From NCBI GenBank assembly GCA_041653595.1, contig JBAZFB010000002.1, forward strand, positions 4,579-68,578: DNA of 64,000 nucleotides, given 5' to 3'. This DNA comes from Candidatus Omnitrophota bacterium. Its GTDB lineage: Bacteria; Omnitrophota; Gorgyraeia; Pluralincolimonadales; Pluralincolimonadaceae. Shown here in pieces: positions 33,703 through 41,729 of this stretch. The notes under the pieces are model-generated. The model worked only from the letters and a program-made list of their open reading frames with translations, was not told where the DNA came from and did no database searches. Position 1 is the stretch's first letter. The number at the start of each line of letters is the position of its first letter. Both the position numbers and the translations under genes were made by a program.

Positions 33703-34364
33703 GAGGTTTCGTAATAATTCCCGCGTTTAATGAGGAGATGCGTATCGGACATATCGTGGGAGAGGCCAAAGCCAAGGGCCTCGATTGCATAGTGATAGAC
33801 GACGGCTCAGCCGATAAGACCAAAGAAGAGGCAAAGGATGCAGGCGCCGATGTCATCTGCCATACGAAGAACCTCGGCAAGGGTGTGTCGCTGAGGGATG
33901 GTTTCAAGAAAGCCCTGGAAAAAGGCTGCGATTTTGTGATAACGATGGACGGCGACGGACAACACCACCCGGGCGAGCTGGAAGGTTTCGTCAGGGCAGC
34001 CGAAAAAAGCGGCGCGGCCGTTATCCTCGGGAACAGGATGGGCGATCCTAAAGGCATGCCGCTCAAAAGAAAGCTCACCAATTGGGTGATGTCGAGCTTC
34101 ATCTCCCTGATCGCCGGCCAGAGGATGCCGGATACGCAGTGCGGGTACAGGCTCATAAGGGCGGAAGTCCTGAAAGCCGTGCCTCTTACCACAGATAAAT
34201 ACGAGATAGAGTCGGAGCTCCTGATAGGCGCCTCGAAGGCGGGTTTCAAGATCGAATCAATTCCCATAAAGTCCATCTATGGGGGAGAGAAGAGCCAGAT
34301 ACACCCGTTCGTAGATACCATCCGTTTCTTATCCTTCATAATAAAAACGGCCTTCAAAAAATGA
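33699..34364 (+). CDS. GT2 family glycosyltransferase (polyprenol-phosphate sugar transferase-like). The GTG start overlaps the upstream stop, behind an AGGAGG RBS.
   Basis: It contains IIPAFNEE and VIDDGSADKT, and the DGDG-type motif MDGDGQHHP. Confidence 0.8.
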   Translation: MRGFVIIPAFNEEMRIGHIVGEAKAKGLDCIVIDDGSADKTKEEAKDAGADVICHTKNLGKGVSLRDGFKKALEKGCDFVITMDGDGQHHPGELEGFVRAAEKSGAAVILGNRMGDPKGMPLKRKLTNWVMSSFISLIAGQRMPDTQCGYRLIRAEVLKAVPLTTDKYEIESELLIGASKAGFKIESIPIKSIYGGEKSQIHPFVDTIRFLSFIIKTAFKK

Positions 34365-35014
34365 AAGAGCGGGACGACGACTTAATCCTCAGGAATGAAA
34401 TGGTCGAAGGTCAGCTGATACCGCGCGGGATAATGGATGCGGCGGTCTTGACTGCCATGAGGAAAGTCCCGCGCCACCTTTTTACTTCCGGTAAAAGCCT
34501 CGAAAACTCCTATGCCGATTATCCTCTGCCTGTAGGCGAGGGCCAGACGATCTCCCAGCCCTATATGGTCGCCCTGATGACGCAATGTCTCGAGCTTAAA
34601 GGCGGGGGAAAAGTGCTTGAGATAGGGACCGGCTCGGGTTACCAGGCGGCGATATTGCGGGAGATAGCCGCGGAAGTCTATTCGGTCGAGCGGTATGACA
34701 CATTGGCGCAAAAGGCGCGGGAGCTCCTGGACGGGCTCGGTTATAAGGATATAAAAATAAAAGTAGGCGACGGCACCGAAGGGTGGGACGAATTTGCCCC
34801 CTATGACGGGATAATCGTTACCGCCGGAGCGCCGTCGGTCCCCGCGCCTCTCGTTGAGCAGTTAGCCGAGGGAGGGATAATGGTGATCCCGGTCGGCGGG
34901 GCGTTCAGCCAGGAACTCCTGCTCATCAGGAAAAATCAGGGCGAGATAACGCAGGAAATCATCTGCGGCTGCACCTTTGTGCCGCTTGTGGGCAAATACG
35001 GGTGGCAGGAATAA
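34361..35014 (+). CDS. pcm: Protein-L-isoaspartate O-methyltransferase
   Basis: It contains GQTISQPYMVA and the SAM-binding motif VLEIGTGSGYQAA. It is 217 aa. Confidence 0.92.
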   Translation: MKERDDDLILRNEMVEGQLIPRGIMDAAVLTAMRKVPRHLFTSGKSLENSYADYPLPVGEGQTISQPYMVALMTQCLELKGGGKVLEIGTGSGYQAAILREIAAEVYSVERYDTLAQKARELLDGLGYKDIKIKVGDGTEGWDEFAPYDGIIVTAGAPSVPAPLVEQLAEGGIMVIPVGGAFSQELLLIRKNQGEITQEIICGCTFVPLVGKYGWQE

Positions 35015-35191
35015 GCCACGAACGGCGACTTGTCCTCTCCGGGTCGCTGGCTCGCCCCTGCGAGTCTCGCTGCGCTTGGGGAAATTCTCGCTCTCCCTCG
35101 CTGTCGCTCGGGATCCGTGCCCGCTCGAATTTCCCAATCCCTCCGAGGACAAAGGTCGCCGTTCTTGACATACTTCCTGCGGCTTTTGTGC

Positions 35192-35219
35192 TTGAAGTAG
35201 GCGATTTAAGCGTTATAAT
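35192..35219 (+). promoter_or_regulatory. Putative sigma70-type promoter (-35 TTGAAG, 16-nt spacer, -10 TATAAT)
   Basis: The -10 hexamer at 35214-35219 is exact consensus. The -35 at 35192-35197 matches TTGACA at 5 of 6 positions. The element faces the downstream skp-like gene. Confidence 0.5.
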
Positions 35220-35502
35220 GATACCAGGGTAGTACAAAAACCCGTAAACTACGAATTCGTGTATTATATGTTAGAATGGGGGGAATAATCAGGGACGATT
35301 CCAATGGTAAAGCCAGAGGTGTCCCTGACGGCGGAGAGAGACACTTGATATGACGACCGGGCAATCTGGCGAGCGAAGAGGCGATTTATGCCGCAGTCCC
35401 GCCGTTGCGGGACGAGGAATAAAGAAAGCCCGAGCGAGCCGATTGACTGGGAGTTAGGTAGATGGAGAATGAAACGTCCCCAATAAACCTAGGGAGGGAA
35501 AA

Positions 35503-35997
35503 ATGAAAAGTGTAATAGTGGCGGTAATAACGGTAATAGGCTGTTTGTTGTCGGGTAGCCTGCTGGCAGACGAGGTCTCTGCTGTAGCATCGGTCGATTT
35601 AAATCAGATCCAGAATGAAGTCGGATACCAACGACTTGTATTTATGGACGCGAACGATGAAGTTAAGGCTGAGATGCTAAAGCTGCGGAAAGCGCTCGAT
35701 CAAGCACTCATTGAGTGTGTAAGAGAAAATGACGATGGCAAGTTAGCGATCCTTCAAACGAAGATCCAGTCCATGAATAACAAGCTCAACACCATACGGA
35801 ATACAATGAGCTACAGGAACTCTGATCACAGGAGGGCCCTGACAAAGTTTATTAAGAGTCGATATTCCGGAAAATACGCGCTGGTCATCGACGCTCAAAT
35901 GGCTAGAAATAACAGCCAGGTAATCATTTGGGATGCTCCAAGGATGACCGATCTAACCGATGAGATCATCCAAGAGCTGGATCGAGAGTTACCCTAG
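35503..35997 (+). CDS. Skp/OmpH-like periplasmic chaperone (signal peptide plus coiled-coil)
   Basis: It has a cleavable-looking signal peptide and Skp-like length (164 aa). The C-terminal block YALVIDAQ...DLTDEIIQEL resembles Skp DLVVDAN...DIT.DVLKQV. The RBS is AGGGAGGG. Confidence 0.5.
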   Translation: MKSVIVAVITVIGCLLSGSLLADEVSAVASVDLNQIQNEVGYQRLVFMDANDEVKAEMLKLRKALDQALIECVRENDDGKLAILQTKIQSMNNKLNTIRNTMSYRNSDHRRALTKFIKSRYSGKYALVIDAQMARNNSQVIIWDAPRMTDLTDEIIQELDRELP

Positions 35998-36009
35998 AAG
36001 GAGGCGACA

Positions 36010-36393
36010 ATGCCGGCTAATATCAGGATTATCCGCGCGCAGGAGTTCATAAAGGCGAACCCGGAAGGACAGCTCAATCTCGACGAGTCCAGGAAAATGC
36101 TTATTGAGATCGCGTCAGCCTCGGCCCCTTTGACCGAATACGACATAATCCTGGACACTCGAAAGACGCAGTCAAAAATGTCCGAAGCCGACCTTTGGTT
36201 TCTGGCGTCTGAACTCACCAACTACTTTAGTAAGGCTTTTTCCCGGACTCAAAAGACGGCAGTTCTTTGTCCGCTTGATCAGTTTGACAACGCAAAGTTC
36301 TTCGCGCTCTGCGCCAAAAACAGAGGCTTCCAAGTCAAGGCATTCACTTCTTTCGAGGAAGCATACGAATGGCTGATTGCGGATAGGACCTGA
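36010..36393 (+). CDS. Hypothetical protein (127 aa, no recognisable domain)
   Basis: An AGGAGG RBS lies 6 nt upstream and the frame is coupled to the skp-like gene. It has the same atypical codon usage as its neighbour (CAA, GAT and TTA are more frequent). Confidence 0.6.
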   Translation: MPANIRIIRAQEFIKANPEGQLNLDESRKMLIEIASASAPLTEYDIILDTRKTQSKMSEADLWFLASELTNYFSKAFSRTQKTAVLCPLDQFDNAKFFALCAKNRGFQVKAFTSFEEAYEWLIADRT

Positions 36394-36455
36394 CGCCTGC
36401 CGTTAAATATTTTTGCTTGCTTTTTGTTTTTCATCGTGTTAACATAACACTGCTT

Positions 36456-36626
36456 TAAGCGCGGGAAGCCCGTGAAATACGGGCACGGCCCCGCCACTGT
36501 AACCCCGCACCTTACTGACAAGTAAGGTAGCGCCTTAGACTACCGAAAGAATATTCTTTCGGAAAAGACCACTGTTAAAAACGGGAAGGTTTAGTTTAAG
36601 GTGCGGGGGAGTCAGGATATCGCGCT
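36456..36626 (+). promoter_or_regulatory. Cobalamin (AdoCbl) riboswitch aptamer
   Basis: Conserved blocks GGGAAGCCCGUGAAAUACGGGCACGGCCCCGCCACUGUAA ... CCACUG ... GGGAAGG ... B12-box-like AGUCAGGAUAUCGCGC. The P1 helix is closed by AAGCGCG (36456-62) pairing with CGCGCUU (36620-26). Cobalamin salvage and transport genes lie downstream. Confidence 0.85.
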
Positions 36627-36670
36627 TAGGGTTTTCAAATTCCTTCGAGGGTGAGGAGAATTTTTTTATT

Positions 36671-36703
36671 ACCTCATTCCAACAAAGGGATGAGGTTTTT
36701 TTA
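36671..36703 (+). terminator. Intrinsic terminator (the expression platform of the cobalamin riboswitch)
   Basis: A 7-bp stem (ACCUCAU / AUGAGGU) with a 12-nt loop is followed by U7. An upstream GGUGAGGAG can form an alternative antiterminator. Confidence 0.75.
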
Positions 36704-36734
36704 TTTGCGAAACACAAGTTCCCGGAGGGGGAAA

Positions 36735-37253
36735 ATGTCTGAATTGGTATTGGTAACCGGAGGCGTCCGGTCCGGCAAGTCTTCTTACGCGCAAACGATC
36801 GCCGCGGCATCAGGCGCGAAGGTCTTCTATATCGCGACAGCCGAAGCGCTGGATGTCGATATGAAGAAGAGGATAGGCGCTCACAAAAGGTCCCGCTCCA
36901 AATCCTGGGCCACCGTAGAAGAGCCCATCCGTCTAGTTAAAGCGATCGATTCACTGCCCGCGGAGAATATTACCGTAATACTCGATTGCCTCACCCTTTT
37001 CATCTCAAATCTCATCCACAAAGGCCTGACTGACGCGCAGGTATATTCTGAAATAAAGAAAATAATAATTGCCCTGCGGAAGAAGGCCGGGCTTTCCATA
37101 ATAGTCACTAACGAAGTCGGAAGCGGCATCGTCCCCGAGAACAGGCTCTCCCGCAGGTTCAGGGACCTGCAGGGGCGGGTAAACCAGATAACCGCCAAGG
37201 AGGCGGACAGGGTATGTCTATTGGTGTCAGGAATACCGTTACAGGTAAAGTAA
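36735..37253 (+). CDS. cobU: Adenosylcobinamide kinase / adenosylcobinamide-phosphate guanylyltransferase. The start is trimmed to the ATG behind a GGAGGGGG RBS.
   Basis: It has the P-loop LVTGGVRSGKSSYAQ and CobU/CobP length. The track ORF start at 36651 would run through the riboswitch terminator. Confidence 0.9.
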   Translation: MSELVLVTGGVRSGKSSYAQTIAAASGAKVFYIATAEALDVDMKKRIGAHKRSRSKSWATVEEPIRLVKAIDSLPAENITVILDCLTLFISNLIHKGLTDAQVYSEIKKIIIALRKKAGLSIIVTNEVGSGIVPENRLSRRFRDLQGRVNQITAKEADRVCLLVSGIPLQVK

Positions 37254-38356
37254 AGATCGATGAGGTCGTAAAGGCGATCGGGCCAGTTGATGCCGTCTAT
37301 TACGCCAAGGCGCAGGCCAGGCTCGATACTTTGACGAAGCCGAAGGGAAGCCTGGGCCGGCTCGAGGAGATAGCCGCGCGCGTTGTCGCGATAACCGGGA
37401 ACCTGAGGCCCTCGGTAAAGAATAAAGTGATATTCACGATGGCCGGTGACCACGGGATATGTGAGGAGGGCGTCAGCGCCTATCCGCAGGAGGTCACCCC
37501 GCAGATGGTCTACAATTTCCTGAGGGGCGGCGCCGGGATAAATGTCCTGGCCAGGGACGCCGGGGCTGAAGTCATCGTCGTAGATATGGGAGTGAAGGGG
37601 AAGATAAAAGCGGATAAATCGCCTAATTTTAAGGATAAAAAAGTAAACCACGGGACGAAGAATTTCGCCAAAGTCCCCGCGATGACAAGGGAAGAAGCCC
37701 TGAAGTCGATAACCGGCGGGATAGAAGCGTTCAATGAGGCCTATGCCGAAGAAAAGATCGAGCTCGCCGGCGTCGGGGATATGGGGATAGGGAACACCAC
37801 TTCCTCGAGCGCGATAGTCGCCGCAGTCACAGGCGAAGATATCGCCCTGGTGACAGGCAGGGGGACAGGCATAGACGACACCTCTTACGCCCGTAAGATC
37901 GATGCCATAAAGAAAGGCCTGTCTTTGCATAAGCCCGACCCGAAAGACCCCATAGACATCCTTTACAAAGTGGGCGGATTCGAGATAGGCGGGATAGCGG
38001 GCGTGATATTAGCCGCCGCATCGAAGAAGGTGCCTGTCGCGGTAGACGGTTTCATTGCTTCCTGCGGCGCCCTGATAGCGTTTGAGATCTGTCCTGCCGT
38101 AAAAGATTATATCTTCTTCGCGCACCAATCTGTTGAGGCGGGGCAGTCGGCCATTTTAAGGCGCATCGGCCAGAGGCCGTTGTTGAATCTCGATATGCGT
38201 CTCGGGGAAGGGACAGGCGCGGCGCTCGCGATGGGCATAATCGAGGCGTCCGTTAAGATATTGAACGAGATGGCGACATTCGGCGAAGCGGGAGTTTCGG
38301 AGGAAAGCGACCCCATCAATCACTCTCTGGGGAGTGGTGAGCGAAGCGAACCATGA
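37214..38356 (+). CDS. cobT: Nicotinate-nucleotide--dimethylbenzimidazole phosphoribosyltransferase
   Basis: CobT homology is clear from DTLTKP.GSLGRLEE, the MGIGNTTSSSA motif and GEGTGAALA. It is 380 aa. Confidence 0.9.
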   Translation: MSIGVRNTVTGKVKIDEVVKAIGPVDAVYYAKAQARLDTLTKPKGSLGRLEEIAARVVAITGNLRPSVKNKVIFTMAGDHGICEEGVSAYPQEVTPQMVYNFLRGGAGINVLARDAGAEVIVVDMGVKGKIKADKSPNFKDKKVNHGTKNFAKVPAMTREEALKSITGGIEAFNEAYAEEKIELAGVGDMGIGNTTSSSAIVAAVTGEDIALVTGRGTGIDDTSYARKIDAIKKGLSLHKPDPKDPIDILYKVGGFEIGGIAGVILAAASKKVPVAVDGFIASCGALIAFEICPAVKDYIFFAHQSVEAGQSAILRRIGQRPLLNLDMRLGEGTGAALAMGIIEASVKILNEMATFGEAGVSEESDPINHSLGSGERSEP

Positions 38357-39090
38357 AAAGTTTTCTTATTGCGCTGCAGTTCCTGACGTCTATACCCGTA
38401 AAGGTAAAAGGCGAGATAGCCGACAAAGACCTTGCCGGCTCGATGGCCTATTTCCCGCTGGTCGGGCTTTTAGCAGGCGCCCTTCTCGCGCTGTCATACA
38501 ATATCCTGATCCCGTTCTTGCCGCACGCGGCCGTATGCGCTTTCATAATGATAATAAACGTCATTATATCCGGCGGGCTGCACATAGACGGTTTCGTAGA
38601 TACCTTCGACGCGATAGCCAGCGGCGCCGACAGGAAGAGGATGCTGGAGATAATGAAAGAAGGCAGGCCCGGAGCGGTCGGGCTCGCCTCTGTCGTACTT
38701 TTGTTTATCGCGGAATACTCGCTTCTTATCTCGCTTCCTAAAGGGGCGATCGAGGGGGCATTGATAGCGATGGCGGTTTTAAGCAGGACATCGTTCGTCG
38801 CTTCAAGCGCGCTCTATCCTTACGCGAGAGATACGGACGGCTTGGGAAAGAAATTCTCCGGGCGCTTGGAAAAAAGGAATATCGCGGCCGCGTTTCTCAC
38901 CGCGGCAATAGCCTTCTTCCTTATATTCGGGTTAAAAACGTTCGTCTTTATACCCGCGGCATGCTGCGTCATTTTGGCGTTTGACATTTATTTTTTCAGG
39001 AAATTCGGAGGGATAACAGGGGACACGATGGGCGCGCTGGGGGAGATAATGGAGATAACGGCTCTCGCGCTTGCCGTAGCATTGATATGA
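38353..39090 (+). CDS. cobS: Adenosylcobinamide-GDP ribazoletransferase (cobalamin synthase)
   Basis: It is a polytopic membrane protein that begins LQFLT.IPV and carries the GG.H.DGF.D..D motif. It is 245 aa. Confidence 0.88.
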   Translation: MKSFLIALQFLTSIPVKVKGEIADKDLAGSMAYFPLVGLLAGALLALSYNILIPFLPHAAVCAFIMIINVIISGGLHIDGFVDTFDAIASGADRKRMLEIMKEGRPGAVGLASVVLLFIAEYSLLISLPKGAIEGALIAMAVLSRTSFVASSALYPYARDTDGLGKKFSGRLEKRNIAAAFLTAAIAFFLIFGLKTFVFIPAACCVILAFDIYFFRKFGGITGDTMGALGEIMEITALALAVALI

Positions 39091-39917
39091 GAAAGATCAT
39101 TATCGTGACGTTTATGCTTCTTTTTATCTGCCGGCATGCCGCAGCGGGACAGATGAGGATCATATCTATCGCGCCGGCCACTACTGAGATCGCCTGCGCC
39201 CTGGGCCTGGAGGATAATCTCGTCGCGGTCTCCACTTATTGCGATTATCCGCCGGAGGTGAAGAGCAAGGAGAAGATAGGCTCTTTCAGTGAACCTAATA
39301 TAGAGAAGATACTCATCCTTAAGCCTGATATCATCCTCGCCACAGGCCTGGAACAGGCGCAGGCCGTAGGGAAATTGAAAACATTAGGGCTCCGGGTAAT
39401 GGTCTCAGACCCGAAGAATTTCCGGGAGTTGTATGATTCTATCCTCGCGATAGGCAAAGCGTGCGGGAAAGACGCTGAGGCGGTTTCATTGATAAGTAAA
39501 ATGAAGAAGACCGTATCGGCTGTCTCGGCAAAGGCCGCCCTGGTAGATCCGGATAAACGGCCGAAGGTGTATTTCGAGATATGGCACGACCCGATCATGA
39601 CCGCGGGCAAAGGGTCCTTTATAGACGAGATGATAACGGTCGCCGGCGGTGTCAATATAACTTACGACGCGCCGAGGCCGTTCTCGCAGTTCAGCCCCGA
39701 ATTGATCGTCAAGCGCGACCCTGACGTGATAATACTCGGCTATATGGTAAAGGGAGAAGGTGCGGCAGAGTCTCTTTCGAAGAGGTTCGGCTGGGACAAG
39801 ATAACGGCAGTAAGAAAAAACAGGGTCTATGATAATATCGAGCCGAATATCCTCTTCAGGCCCGGGCCGCGGCTTGCGGATGCCGTTGTCCAATTGAACG
39901 AAAGGTTCTACAGGTAA
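39087..39917 (+). CDS. btuF: Periplasmic B12/siderophore-type ABC substrate-binding protein
   Basis: It has a signal peptide and FecB/BtuF class III SBP features (RIISIAPATTEI, KPDIILA). Confidence 0.8.
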   Translation: MRKIIIVTFMLLFICRHAAAGQMRIISIAPATTEIACALGLEDNLVAVSTYCDYPPEVKSKEKIGSFSEPNIEKILILKPDIILATGLEQAQAVGKLKTLGLRVMVSDPKNFRELYDSILAIGKACGKDAEAVSLISKMKKTVSAVSAKAALVDPDKRPKVYFEIWHDPIMTAGKGSFIDEMITVAGGVNITYDAPRPFSQFSPELIVKRDPDVIILGYMVKGEGAAESLSKRFGWDKITAVRKNRVYDNIEPNILFRPGPRLADAVVQLNERFYR

Positions 39918-39920
39918 CCT

Positions 39921-40925
39921 ATGGAAGTGCGCCAGGCATCACAGATATCAAGGAAGAGGGGACATAAGGCCTTCATTATCGCGGCCGCGATATTGGTCGC
40001 GGTCGCCGCGGTCTCGGTCTATTTCGGCGCGGCAAAGGTCGGTTTTCTCTCCGCGCTTACCGATATGGACAAGCGCATACTCGGACTCAGGGCCGGAAGG
40101 ATATTGCTCGCGTTGACCGTCGGCGGCGGGCTCTCGGTGGCAGGCGTTATATTGCAGGGGCTTATGCGTAATCCTTTATGCGAGCCGTATGTCCTCGGCA
40201 TCTCGAGCGGCGCGGCGCTTGGCGCGGTAATCTCGACTATCTTATTAGGCATGCAGCATTTCCTGGGTTTAAGCGCCCTTCCTGTCTGGGCTTTCCTGGG
40301 AGCGGTCGCCGCGTTCTTTATTGTATACAGGATATCAGAGGTCAACGGGAGGATACCGATACAGAACCTCTTGTTGACCGGCGTCATAGTCGGGGCTGTG
40401 CTTTCGTCTGTCGTGATCTTCCTCGTATCGTTCTCGGAGAAGGAGTACCTGCACAGCGTAATATGGTGGCTTCTCGGCAACCTCCAGATATTCGATATGA
40501 ACCTGCTTCTGTCGGTGATGATAATAGTCATCACGGCGGTCATCCTCGCGGCCCTTAATTCGAGGGAGCTTAACGCCATCTCCCTCGGGGAAGAGGAGGC
40601 GGCGCACCTCGGGGTCGATATCGAGAAGACGAAAAAACGATTGTTCATCATAGCGTCGGTCATCACCGGCGCAGCGGTATCCGCGGCAGGCATGATCGGT
40701 TTCGTCGGGCTGATAGTGCCCCATTTTGTCAGGTTGGTGATAGGGGCCAACCACAGGGCTGTCATACCCGTCTCGTTTGTCGCAGGCGGCGCGTTCCTTA
40801 TCTTCTGCGATCTTATCGCCAGGATGGTGATGCTTCCGGCCGAGGTGCCGGTAGGCGTTATAACGGCTTTATGCGGCGGGCCGTTCTTTTTGTATTTATT
40901 GAGGAAGAGGTCGAGGGCCAGATGA
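39921..40925 (+). CDS. btuC: FecCD-family ABC permease (B12 / iron-siderophore)
   Basis: It has about ten TM segments and the FecCD signature region (LGEEEAAHLGVD). Confidence 0.85.
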   Translation: MEVRQASQISRKRGHKAFIIAAAILVAVAAVSVYFGAAKVGFLSALTDMDKRILGLRAGRILLALTVGGGLSVAGVILQGLMRNPLCEPYVLGISSGAALGAVISTILLGMQHFLGLSALPVWAFLGAVAAFFIVYRISEVNGRIPIQNLLLTGVIVGAVLSSVVIFLVSFSEKEYLHSVIWWLLGNLQIFDMNLLLSVMIIVITAVILAALNSRELNAISLGEEEAAHLGVDIEKTKKRLFIIASVITGAAVSAAGMIGFVGLIVPHFVRLVIGANHRAVIPVSFVAGGAFLIFCDLIARMVMLPAEVPVGVITALCGGPFFLYLLRKRSRAR

Positions 40926-41725
40926 CGCTTCTTAAGGCCGAGTCGGTAACAGGTGGTTATGGCAGAGAGCCGGTCATAAAAGATATCTCCTTCTCTGCCG
41001 CAAGCGGCAAGTTTATCGGGATCATCGGCCCGAACGGCGCGGGGAAGACGACATTTTTGAGGATGTTAAGCCGGGTCCTGCATCCGTCAGCAGGCAGGGT
41101 GGCCATCGACGGCAAAGATATATACAGGATGCCAATGAAGGAGTTCGCGGCGTCCGCGGCGTTCGTCGCCTCGGAGTCAGGCGTCATCTTCCCGTTCACG
41201 TGCCTGGAGATAGTGATGATGGGCAGGTTCCCGTATCTCCATCCCCTAAGGGGCGAATCCGAGAAAGACCTTGAGGCGGTCCGGCGCGCGATAGAGATGA
41301 CCGACTGCTCCGCGTTCGTATCCCGCCAGATAGACCAGCTCAGCGCGGGCGAGAGGCAGAGGATATTCATCGCCAGGGCGCTTGCCCAGGAGCCGCGGCT
41401 GATATTCCTCGATGAGCCGACATCGCATCTAGACATATCGCACCAGGTCCAGATACTCGACCTGATAAAGGACTTGAGCGAGCGCGGGGGTATCACCATC
41501 GTCGCGGTCTTCCACGACCTCAACCTGGCGTCGGAATATTGCGACACGCTGATGCTTATGGACGGCGGACGCGTTGCCGCTCTCGGCGAGCCGAAAGAAG
41601 TCATCAGCTATGAATTGATAGAGAAGGTATACAAGACCGTTGTTGTCGTTAGAGAAAATCCCGTCAGCGGCAAGCCGTATGTCCTGCTCGCGCCGAGGAT
41701 AAAGAAAACAGGAAAGGGAATTTAA
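40922..41725 (+). CDS. btuD: ABC transporter ATP-binding protein. The start is trimmed to the ATG that overlaps the btuC stop.
   Basis: It has Walker A GPNGAGKTT, the signature motif LSAGERQR and Walker B IFLDEPTSHLD. Confidence 0.88.
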   Translation: MTLLKAESVTGGYGREPVIKDISFSAASGKFIGIIGPNGAGKTTFLRMLSRVLHPSAGRVAIDGKDIYRMPMKEFAASAAFVASESGVIFPFTCLEIVMMGRFPYLHPLRGESEKDLEAVRRAIEMTDCSAFVSRQIDQLSAGERQRIFIARALAQEPRLIFLDEPTSHLDISHQVQILDLIKDLSERGGITIVAVFHDLNLASEYCDTLMLMDGGRVAALGEPKEVISYELIEKVYKTVVVVRENPVSGKPYVLLAPRIKKTGKGI

Positions 41726-41729
41726 TACC

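Noticed and set aside
35165-35219. TTGACA at 35165-35170 as the -35 element paired with TATAAT at 35214
   Set aside because: The spacing is 43 nt. A TTGAAG at 35192-35197 gives a proper 16-nt spacer and was used instead.
34977-35232. Small ORFs of 63 and 76 aa in the pcm-skp intergenic region
   Set aside because: They have no RBS and they overlap the CTCGC low-complexity stretch and the promoter. Their Arg/Pro/Ser-rich translations are typical of GC-rich noncoding sequence.
35220-35500. A match of the leader to known riboswitch classes (glycine via GGAGAGAG; c-di-GMP-I via GGGACG...AAAGCC)
   Set aside because: These are only fragmentary motif resemblances. The spacing and the flanking helices do not fit the consensus architectures. 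I report it as an unclassified structured leader.
36651-36734. An upstream extension of cobU (track ORF start at 36651; MRRIFLLPHSNKGMRFFYL...)
   Set aside because: The extension spans the riboswitch terminator and its U-tract and has no RBS. A GGAGGGGG RBS precedes the ATG at 36735, where P-loop homology begins. Similar unsupported N-terminal extensions were trimmed for rplE, the MGDG-synthase-like GT, btuD, aroQ, pfk and the PfkB kinase.
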